Shown piece by piece: positions 43,201 through 55,200 of a stretch of 64,000 bases of DNA. The position numbers and the translations under genes are program-made. Under the pieces are notes generated by a model. It searched no databases and was not told where the DNA came from. It worked only from the letters and a program-made list of their open reading frames with translations. Numbering within the stretch: position 1 is the stretch's first letter; every line of letters begins with the position of its first letter. This DNA is from Squalus acanthias (taxonomy: Eukaryota): positions 5,580,001 to 5,644,000 of the forward strand of contig JASTWF010000034.1 in NCBI GenBank assembly GCA_030390025.1, read 5' to 3'.

Positions 43201-46200
43201 CCCGGTCTGGGCCCACACCTGACTCCAGTCCCTCATTACCCGGTCTGGGTCTACACCTGACTCCTGTCCCTCACAACCCAGGCTGGGTCTACACCTGACT
43301 CCAGTCCCTCACTACCCCCTCTTAGCCTACACCCGACTCCAATCCCTCACTACCTGGTCTGGGCCGAAACCTGACTCCAGCCCCTCTAAACCCGGTCTGG
43401 GCCTATTTCTGACTCCAGTCCCTCACTACCCATTCTTGGCCTGCACCTGACTCCGGTCCCTCACTACCTGGTCTGGGCCTGCACCTGGCTCCAGTACCTC
43501 ACTATCCGGTCTGGATATACACCTGACTCCGGTCCCTCAATACCTGGTCTGGTCCTACACCTGACTCCAGTCCCTCTCTACCCAGTCTGGGTATACTCCT
43601 GACACCAGTCCCTCACTACCCAGTCTGGGCCTACACCTGAATCCAGTCTCTCACTACCCGGTCTGGGCCTACACCTGACTCCAGTCCCTCACTACCCGGT
43701 CTGGGTCTATTCCTCACTCCAGTCCCACACTACTCGGTCTGGGACTATACCTGACTCCAATCTCTCACTACCTGGTCTGTGCCGGCACCTGACTCCAGTC
43801 CCTCACTTCCCGGTCTGGGTCTATACCTCACTCCAATCCCTCACTACCTGGTCTGGGTATACACCTGACTCCAGTCCCTCACTACCAGGTCTGGTCCTAC
43901 ACCTGAGTCCGATCCCTCATTACCTGGTCTGGGCCCACACCTGACTCCGGTCCCTCAATACCTGGTCTGGTCCTACACCCGACTCCAGTCCCCCACTACC
44001 CGGTCTGGGCACATACCTGACTCCAGTCCCTCATTACCCGGTCTGGGTATACACCTGAATCCAGTTCCTCAATACCTGGTCTGGTCCTACAGCTGACTTC
44101 AGTCCCTCACTGCACGGTCTGGGATTACATCTGACTCCATTCCCTCTAAACCAGGTCTGGCCCTACACCTGACTCCGGTCCCTCAATACCTGGTCTGGGT
44201 CTACACCTGACTCCAGTCTCTCACTATCCGGTCTGGGTCTGCACCTGACTCCAATCCCTCACTACCCGGTCTGGGTATACACCTGAATCCAGTTCCTCAA
44301 TACCTGGTCTGATCCTACAGCTGACTTCAGTCCCTCACTGCACGGTCTGGGCCGACATCTGACTCCATTCCCTCTAAACCAGGTCTGGCCCTACACCTGA
44401 CTCCAGTCCCTCACTACCCGGTCTGGGTATACACCTGACTCCAGTCCCTCATTACCAGGTCTGGGCCGACACCTGACTCCTGTCCCTCATTACCAGGTCT
44501 GGGTCTACACCTGACTCCAGTCCCTCACTACCCGGTCTGGGTCTACACATGACTCCAGTCCTTCACTACCCAGGCTGGGTCTACATCTGACTCCTCTCCC
44601 TCACTACCCGGTCTGGGCCACATCTGACTCCACTCCCTCGCTACCCGGTCAGGGCCTACATCTGACTCCAGTCCCTCATTACCAGGTCTGTGTCTACACC
44701 TGACTCCAGTCCCTCACTACCCGGTCTGGGCCCACACCAGACTCCGGTCCCTCAAACCTGGTCTGGTCCTACACCTGACTCCAGTCCCTCACTTCCCGGT
44801 CTGGGTCTGTACCTCACTCCAGTCCTCACTATCCATCTGAGCCTACACCTGACTCCAGTCCCTCAATACCCGGTTTGGATTACACCTGACTCCAGTCCCT
44901 CACGGCCCGTTTTGGGCCTACACCTGACTCCAATCCCTCACTACGCAGTCTTGGTATACACTGACTCCATTCCCTCACTACCCGGTCTGGGCCTACACCT
45001 GACTACAGTCCCTCACTACCCGGTCTGGGCCACACCTGACTCCAGTCCCTCATTACCCGGTCTGAGTCTACACCTGACTCCAGTCCCTCACAACCCGGCT
45101 GGGTCGACACCTGACTCCAATCCCTCACTACCTGTCTGGGCCGAAACCTGACTCCAGTCCCTCACTACCCTGGTCTGAGTCTACACCTGACTCCAGTCCC
45201 TCACTACCCGGTCTGGGTCTACACCTGACTCCAGTCCCTCACTACCAGTCTGGGCCTACAGCTGACTGCAGTCCCTCACTACCCAGTCTGGGCCTATACC
45301 TGACTCCAGTCCCTCTATACCAGGTCTGGCCCTACACCTGACTCCGGTCACTCACTACCCGGTCTGGGCCGACACCTGACTCCTGTCCCTCATTACCAGG
45401 CTGGGTCTACACCTGACTCCAATCCCTCACTACGCAGTCTTGGTATACACCTGACTCCATTCCCTCACTACCCGGTCTGGGCCTACACCTGACTACAGTC
45501 CCTCACTACCCGGTCTGGGCCCACACCTGACTCCAGTCCCTCATTACCCGGTCTGAGTCTACACCTGACTCCAGTCCCTCACAACCCAGGCTGGGTCTAC
45601 ACCTGACTCCAATCCCTCACTACCTGGTCTGGGCCGAAACCTGACTCCAGTCCCTCACTACCCGGTCTGAGTCTACACCTGACTCCAGTCCCTCACTACC
45701 CGGTCTGGGTCTACACCTGACTCCAGTCCCTCACTACCCAGTCTGGGCCTACAGCTGACTGCAGTCCCTCACTACCCAGTCTGGGCCTATACCTGACTCC
45801 AGTCCCTCTATACCAGGTCTGGCCCTACACCTGACTCCGGTCACTCACTACCCGGTCTGGGCCGACACCTGACTCCTGTCCCTCATTACCAGGCTGGGTC
45901 TACACCTGACTCCAGTCCCTCACTACCCCCTCTTAGCCTACACCCGACTCCAATCCCTCACTACCTGGTCTGGGCCGAAACCTGACTCCAGTCCCTCACT
46001 ACCCGGTCTGAGTCTACACCTGACTCCAGTCCCTCACTACCCGGTCTGGGCCTACACCTGACTCCAGTCCCTCACTACCCAGTCTGGGCCTACACCTGAC
46101 TGCAGTCCCTCACTACCCAGTCTGGGCCTATACCTGACTCCAGTCCCTCTATACCAGGTCTGGCCCTACACCTGACTCCGGTCGATCACTACCTTGTCTG

Positions 46201-49200
46201 GGCCGAAACCTGACTCCAGTCACTCACTACCCGGTCTGGGCCGACACCTGACTCCTGTCCCTCATTACCAGGTCTGGGTCTACACCTGACTCCAGTCCCT
46301 CACTACCCGGTCTGGGTCTACACATGACTCCAGTCCTTCACTACCCAGGCTGGGTCTACATCTGACTCCACTCCCTCACTACCCGGTCTGGGCCACATCT
46401 GACTCCACTCCCTCGCTACCCGGTCAGGGCCTACATCTGACTCCATTCCCTCTATACCAGGTCTGGCCCTACACCTGACTCCAGTCCCTCACTACCCGGT
46501 CTGAGTCTGCACCTGACTCCAGTCCCTCATTACCAGGTCTGGGTCTACACCTGACTCCAGTCCCTCACTACCCGGTCTGGGCCCACACCAGACTCCGGTC
46601 CCTCAAAACCTGGTCTGGTCCTACACCTGACTCCAGTCCTTCACTTCCCGGTCTGGGTCTGTACCTCACTCCAGTCCCTCACTATCCATCTGAGCCGACA
46701 CCTGACTCCAGTCCCTCAATACCCGGTTTGGATCTACACCTGACTCCAGTCCCTCACGGCCCGTTCTGGGCCTACACCTGACTCCAATCCCTCACTACGC
46801 AGTCTTGGTATACACCTGACTCCATTGCCTCACTACCCGGTCTGGGCCTACACCTGACTCCAGTCCCTCACTACCCGGTCTGGGCCCACACCTGACTCCA
46901 GTCCCTCATTACCTGGTCTGAGTCTACACCTGACTCCAGTCCCTCACAACCCAGGCTGGGTCTACACCTGACTCCAGTCCCTCACTACCCCCTCTTAGCC
47001 TACACCCGACTCCAATCCCTCACTACCTGGTCTGGGCCGAAACCTGACTCCAGTCCCTCAATACCCGGTCTGAGTCTACACCTGACTTCAGTCCCTCACT
47101 ACCCGGTCTGGGCCTACACCTGACTCCAGTCCCTCACTACCCTGTCTGGGCCTACACCTGACTCCAGTCCCTCACTACCCAGTCTGGGCCTATAGCTGAC
47201 TCCAGTCCCTCTAAACCCGGTATGGGCCTATTTCTGACTCCAGCCCTCACTACCCGTTCTTGGCCTGCACCTGACTCCGGTCCCCCACTACCTGGTCTGG
47301 GCCTGCAACTGGCTCCAGTACCTCACTATCGGGTCTGGATATACACCTGACTCCGGTCCCTCAATACCTGGTCTGGTCCTACACCTGACTCCTGTCCCTC
47401 ACAACCCAGTCTGGGTATACTCCTGACTCCAGTCCCTCACTACCCAGTCTGGGCCTACACCTGAATCCAGTCTCTCACTACTCGGTCTGGGCCTACACCT
47501 GACTCCAGTCCCTCACTACCCGGTCTGGGTCTATTCCTCACTCCAGTCCCACACTACTCGGTCTGGGCCTATACCTGACTCCAATCTCTCACTACCTGGT
47601 CTGTGCCGGCACCTGACTCCAGTCCCTCACTTCCCGGTCTGGGTCTATACCTCACTCCAATCCCTCACTACCTGGTCTGGGTATACACCTGACTCCAGTC
47701 CCTCACTACCAGGTCTGGTCCTACACCTAAGTCCGATCCCTCAATACCTGGTCTGGGCCCACACCTGAATCCGGTCCCTCAATACCTGGTCTGGTCCTAC
47801 ACCCGACTCCAGTCCCCCACTACCCGGTCTGGGCCCACACCTGACTCCAGTCCCTCATTACCCGGTCTGGGTCTACACCTGACTCCTGTCCCTCACAACC
47901 CAGGCTGGGTCTACACCTGACTCCAGTCCCTCACTACCCCCTCTTAGCCTACACCCGACTCCAATCCCTCACTACCTGGTCTGGGCCGAAACCTGACTCC
48001 AGCCCCTCTAAACCCGGTCTGGGCCTATTTCTGACTCCAGTCCCTCACTACCCATTCTTGGCCTGCACCTGACTCCGGTCCCTCACTACCTGGTCTGGGC
48101 CTGCACCTGGCTCCAGTACCTCACTATCCGGTCTGGATATACACCTGACTCCGGTCCCTCAATACCTGGTCTGGTCCTACACCTGACTCCAGTCCCTCTC
48201 TACCCAGTCTGGGTATACTCCTGACACCAGTCCCTCACTACCCAGTCTGGGCCTACACCTGAATCCAGTCTCTCACTACCCGGTCTGGGCCTACACCTGA
48301 CTCCAGTCCCTCACTACCCGGTCTGGGTCTATTCCTCACTCCAGTCCCACACTACTCGGTCTGGGCCTATACCAGACTCCAATCTCTCACTTCCTGGTCT
48401 GTGCCGGCAACTGACTCCAGTCCCTCACTTCCCGGTCTGGGTCTATACCTCATTCCAATCCCTCACTACCTGGTCTGGGTATACACCTGACTCCAGTCCC
48501 TCACTACCAGGTCTGGTCCTACACCTGAGTCCGATCCCTCATTACCTGGTCTGGGCCCACACCGGACTTCAATCCCTCAATACCTGGTCTGGTCCTACAC
48601 TCGACTCCAGTCCCCCACTACCCGGTCTGGGCCCACACCTGACTCCAGTCCCTCATTACCCGGTCTGGGTATACACCTGAATCCAGTTCCTCAACACCTG
48701 GTCTGGTCCTACAGCTGACTTCAGTCCCTCACTGCACGGTCTGGGCCTACATCTGACTCCATTCCCTCTAAACCAGGTCTGACCCTACACCTGACTCCAG
48801 TCCCTCACTACCCAGTCTGGGTCTACACCTGACTCCAGTCTCTCACTATCCGGTCTGGGTCTGCACCTGACTCCAGTCCCTCACTACCCGGTCTGGGTAT
48901 ACACCTGAATCCAGTTCCTCAATACCTGGTCTGGTCCTACAGCTGACTTCAGTCTCTCACTGCACGGTCTGGGCCTACATCTGACTCCATTCCCTCTAAA
49001 CCAGGTCTGCCCCTACACCTGACTCCAGTCCCTCACTACCCAGTCTGGGCCTACACCTGACTCCAATCCCTCACTACCCAGTCTGGGCCTACACCTGACT
49101 CCAGTCCCTCACTACCTGGTCTTGGCCTACACCCGAATCCAGTCCCTCACTACCCGGTCTGGGTATGCACCTGATTCCTTCCCTCACTAGCCGGTCCTGG

Positions 49201-52200
49201 CCTACACCCGACTCCAGTCCCCCACTACCCGGTCTGGGCCCACACCTGACTCCAGTCCCTCATTACTCGGTCTGGGTCTACACCTGACTCCAGTCCCTCA
49301 CTACCCCCTCTTAGCCTACACCTGACTCCAGTCCCTCACTACCAGGTCTGGTCCTACACCTAAGTCCGATCCCTCAATACCTGGTCTGGGCCCACACCTG
49401 AATCCGGTCCCTCAATACCTGGTCTGGTCCTACACCCGACTCCAGTCCCCCACTACCCGGTCTGGGCCCACACCTGACTCCAGTCCCTCATTACCCGGTC
49501 TGGGTCTACACCTGACTCCTGTCCCTCACAACCCAGGCTGGGTCTACACCTGACTCCAGTCCCTCACTACCCCCTCTTAGCCTACACCCGACTCCAATCC
49601 CTCACTACCTGGTCTGGGCCGAAACCTGACTCCAGCCCCTCTAAACCCGGTCTGGGCCTATTTCTGACTCCAGTCCCTCACTACCCATTCTTGGCCTGCA
49701 CCTGACTCCGGTCCCTCACTACCTGGTCTGGGCCTGCACCTGGCTCCAGTACCTCACTATCCGGTCTGGATATACACCTGACTCCGGTCCCTCAATACCT
49801 GGTCTGGTCCTACACCTGACTCCAGTCCCTCTCTACCCAGTCTGGGTATACTCCTGACACCAGTCCCTCACTACCCAGTCTGGGCCTACACCTGAATCCA
49901 GTCTCTCACTACCCGGTCTGGGCCTACACCTGACTCCAGTCCCTCACTACCCGGTCTGGGTCTATTCCTCACTCCAGTCCCACACTACTCGGTCTGGGAC
50001 TATACCTGACTCCAATCTCTCACTACCTGGTCTGTGCCGGCACCTGACTCCAGTCCCTCACTTCCCGGTCTGGGTCTATACCTCACTCCAATCCCTCACT
50101 ACCTGGTCTGGGTATACACCTGACTCCAGTCCCTCACTACCAGGTCTGGTCCTACACCTGAGTCCGATCCCTCATTACCTGGTCTGGGCCCACACCTGAC
50201 TCCGGTCCCTCAATACCTGGTCTGGTCCTACACCCGACTCCAGTCCCCCACTACCCGGTCTGGGCACATACCTGACTCCAGTCCCTCATTACCCGGTCTG
50301 GGTATACACCTGAATCCAGTTCCTCAATACCTGGTCTGGTCCTACAGCTGACTTCAGTCCCTCACTGCACGGTCTGGGATTACATCTGACTCCATTCCCT
50401 CTAAACCAGGTCTGGCCCTACACCTGACTCCGGTCCCTCAATACCTGGTCTGGGTCTACACCTGACTCCAGTCTCTCACTATCCGGTCTGGGTCTGCACC
50501 TGACTCCAATCCCTCACTACCCGGTCTGGGTATACACCTGAATCCAGTTCCTCAATACCTGGTCTGATCCTACAGCTGACTTCAGTCCCTCACTGCACGG
50601 TCTGGGCCGACATCTGACTCCATTCCCTCTAAACCAGGTCTGGCCCTACACCTGACTCCAGTCCCTCATTACCAGGTCTGGGCCGACACCTGACTCCTGT
50701 CCCTCATTACCAGGTCTGGGTCTACACCTGACTCCAGTCCCTCACTACCCGGTCTGGGTCTACACATGACTCCAGTCCTTCACTACCCAGGCTGGGTCTA
50801 CATCTGACTCCTCTCCCTCACTACCCGGTCTGGGCCACATCTGACTCCACTCCCTCGCTACCCGGTCAGGGCCTACATCTGACTCCAGTCCCTCATTACC
50901 AGGTCTGTGTCTACACCTGACTCCAGTCCCTCACTACCCGGTCTGGGCCCACACCAGACTCCGGTCCCTCAAAACCTGGTCTGGTCCTACACCTGACTCC
51001 AGTCCCTCACTTCCCGGTCTGGGTCTGTACCTCACTCCAGTCCCTCACTATCCATCTGAGCCTACACCTGACTCCAGTCCCTCACTACCCGGTCTGGGCC
51101 TACACCTGACTACAGTCCCTCACTACCCGGTCTGGGCCCACACCTGACTCCAGTCCCTCACTACCCGGTCTGAGTCTACACCTGACTCCAGTCCCTCACT
51201 ACCCGGTCTGGGTCTACACCTGACTCCAGTCCCTCACTACCCAGTCTGGGCCTACAGCTGACTGCAGTCCCTCACTACCCAGTCTGGGCCTATACCTGAC
51301 TCCAGTCCCTCTATACCAGGTCTGGCCCTACACCTGACTCCGGTTACTCACTACCCGGTCTGGGCCGACACCTGACTCCTGTCCCTCATTACCAGGCTGG
51401 GTCTACACCTGACTCCAGTCCCTCACTACCCCTCTTAGCCTACACCCGACTCCAATCCCTCACTACCTGGTCTGGGCCGAAACCTGACTCCAGTCCCTCA
51501 CTACCCGGTCTGAGTCTACACCTGACTCCAGTCCCTCACTACCCGGTCTGGGCCTACACCTGACTCCAGTCCCTCACTACCCAGTCTGGGCCTACACCTG
51601 ACTGCAGTCCCTCACTACCCAGTCTGGGCCTATACCTGACTCCAGTCCCTCTATACCAGGTCTGGCCCTACACCTGACTCCGGTCGATCACTACCTTGTC
51701 TGGGCCGAAACCTGACTCCAGTCACTCACTACCCGGTCTGGGCCGACACCTGACTCCTGTCCCTCATTACCAGGTCTGGGTCTACACCTGACTCCAGTCC
51801 CTCACTACCCGGTCTGGGCCGACACCTGACTCCTGTCCCTCATTACCAGGTCTGGGTCTACACCTGACTCCAGTCCCTCACTACCCGGTCTGGGTCTACA
51901 CATGACTCCAGTCCTTCACTACCCAGGCTGGGTCTACATCTGACTCCTCTCCCTCACTACCCGGTCTGGGCCACATCTGACTCCACTCCCTCGCTACCCG
52001 GTCAGGGCCTACATCTGACTCCAGTCCCTCATTACCAGGTCTGTGTCTACACCTGACTCCAGTCCCTCACTACCCGGTCTGGGCCCACACCAGACTCCGG
52101 TCCCTCAAAACCTGGTCTGGTCCTACACCTGACTCCAGTCCCTCACTTCCCGGTCTGGGTCTGTACCTCACTCCAGTCCCTCACTATCCATCTGAGCCTA

Positions 52201-55200
52201 CACCTGACTCCAGTCCCTCAATACCCGGTTTGGATTTACACCTGACTCCAGTCCCTCACGGCCCGTTTTGGGCCTACACCTGACTCCAATCCCTCACTAC
52301 GCAGTCTTGGTATACACCTGACTCCATTCCCTCACTACCCGGTCTGGGCCTACACCTGACTACAGTCCCTCACTACCCGGTCTGGGCCCACACCTGACTC
52401 CAGTCCCTCATTACCCGGTCTGAGTCTACACCTGACTCCAGTCCCTCACAACCCAGGCTGGGTCTACACCTGACTCCAATCCCTCACTACCTGGTCTGGG
52501 CCGAAACCTGACTCCAGTCCCTCACTACCCGGTCTGAGTCTACACCTGACTCCAGTCCCTCACTACCCGGTCTGGGTCTACACCTGACTCCAGTCCCTCA
52601 CTACCCAGTCTGGGCCTACAGCTGACTGCAGTCCCTCACTACCCAGTCTGGGCCTATACCTGACTCCAGTCCCTCTATACCAGGTCTGGCCCTACACCTG
52701 ACTCCGGTCACTCACTACCCGGTCTGGGCCGACACCTGACTCCTGTCCCTCATTACCAGGCTGGGTCTACACCTGACTCCAGTCCCTCACTACCCCCTCT
52801 TAGCCTACACCCGACTCCAATCCCTCACTACCTGGTCTGGGCCGAAACCTGACTCCAGTCCCTCACTACCCGGTCTGAGTCTACACCTGACTCCAGTCCC
52901 TCACTACCCGGTCTGGGCCTACACCTGACTCCAGTCCCTCACTACCCAGTCTGGGCCTACACCTGACTGCAGTCCCTCACTACCCAGTCTGGGCCTATAC
53001 CTGACTCCAGTCCCTCTATACCAGGTCTGGCCCTACACCTGACTCCGGTCGATCACTACCTTGTCTGGGCCGAAACCTGACTCCAGTCACTCACTACCCG
53101 GTCTGGGCCGACACCTGACTCCTGTCCCTCATTACCAGGTCTGGGTCTACACCTGACTCCAGTCCCTCACTACCCGGTCTGGGTCTACACATGACTCCAG
53201 TCCTTCACTACCCAGGCTGGGTCTACATCTGACTCCACTCCCTCACTACCCGGTCTGGGCCACATCTGACTCCACTCCCTCGCTACCCGGTCAGGGCCTA
53301 CATCTGACTCCATTCCCTCTATACCAGGTCTGGCCCTACACCTGACTCCAGTCCCTCACTACCCGGTCTGAGTCTGCACCTGACTCCAGTCCCTCATTAC
53401 CAGGTCTGGGTCTACACCTGACTCCAGTCCCTCACTACCCGGTCTGGGCCCACACCAGACTCCGGTCCCTCAAAACCTGGTCTGGTCCTACACCTGACTC
53501 CAGTCCTTCACTTCCCGGTCTGGGTCTGTACCTCACTCCAGTCCCTCACTATCCATCTGAGCCGACACCTGACTCCAGTCCCTCAATACCCGGTTTGGAT
53601 CTACACCTGACTCCAGTCCCTCACTGCCCGTTCTGGGCCTACACCTGACTCCAATCCCTCACTACGCAGGCTGGGTCTACACCTGACTCCAGTCCCTCAC
53701 TACCCCCTCTTAGCCTACACCCGACTCCAATCCCTCACTACCTGGTCTGGGCCGAAACCTGACTCCAGTCCCTCACTACCCGGTCTGAGTCTACACCTGA
53801 CTCAGTCCCTCACTACCCGGTCTGGCCTACCCTGACTCCAGTCCCTCACTACCTGTCTGGGCCTACACCTGGACTCCAGTCCCTCACTACCCAGTCTGGC
53901 CTATAGCCTGACTCCAGTCCCTCTAACCCGGTATGGGCCTATTTCTGACTCCAGCCCTCACTACCCGTTCTTGGCCTGCACCTGACTCCGGTCCCTCACT
54001 ACCTGGTCTGGGCCTACAACTGGCTCCAGTACCTCACTATCGGGTCTGGATATACACCTGACTCCGGTCCCTCAATACCTGGTCTGGTCCTACACCTGAC
54101 TCCTGTCCCTCACAACCCAGTCTGGGTATACTCCTGACTCCAGTCCCTCACTACCCAGTCTGGGCCTACACCTGAATCCAGTCTCTCACTACCTGGGTCT
54201 GGGCCTACACCTGACTCCAGTCCCTCACTACCCGGTCTGGTCTATTCCTCACTCCAGTCCCACACTACTCGGTCTGGGCCTATACCTGACTCCAATCTCT
54301 CACTACCTGGTCTGTGCCGGCACCTGACTCCAGTCCCTCACTTCCCGGTCTGGGTCTATACCTCACTCCAATCCCTCACTACCTGGTCTGGGTATACACC
54401 TGACTCCAGTCCCTCACTACCAGGTCTGGTCCTACACCTAAGTCCGATCCCTCAATACCTGGTCTGGGCCCACACCTGACTCCAGTCCCTCATTACCCGG
54501 TCTGGGTCTACACCTGACTCCTGTCCCTCACAACCCAGGCTGGGTCTACACCTGACTCCAGTCCCTCACTACCCCCTCTTAGCCTACACCCGACTCCAAT
54601 CCCTCACTACCTGGTCTGGGCCGAAACCTGACTCCAGCCCCTCTAAACCCGGTCTGGGCCTATTTCTGACTCCAGTCCCTCACTACCCATTCTTGGCCTG
54701 CACCTGACTCCGGTCCCTCACTACCTGGTCTGGGCCTGCACCTGGCTCCAGTACCTCACTATCCGGTCTGGATATACACCTGACTCCGGTCCCTCAATAC
54801 CTGGTCTGGTCCTACACCTGACTCCAGTCCCTCTCTACCCAGTCTGGGTATACTCCTGACACCAGTCCCTCACTACCCAGTCTGGGCCTACACCTGAATC
54901 CAGTCTCTCACTACCCGGTCTGGGCCTACACCTGACTCCAGTCCCTCACTACCCGGTCTGGGTCTATTCCTCACTCCAGTCCCACACTACTCGGTCTGGG
55001 CCTATACCAGACTCCAATCTCTCACTTCCTGGTCTGTGCCGGCAACTGACTCCAGTCCCTCACTTCCCGGTCTGGGTCTATACCTCATTCCAATCCCTCA
55101 CTACCTGGTCTGGGTATACACCTGACTCCAGTCCCTCACTACCAGGTCTGGTCCTACACCTGAGTCCGATCCCTCATTACCTGGTCTGGGCCCACACCGG

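Noticed and set aside
44690..45151. 153-aa ORF (+)
   Set aside because: It is a translation of the satellite with a non-ATG start, open only because of clustered 1-bp indels absent from other HOR copies. No domain is recognisable.
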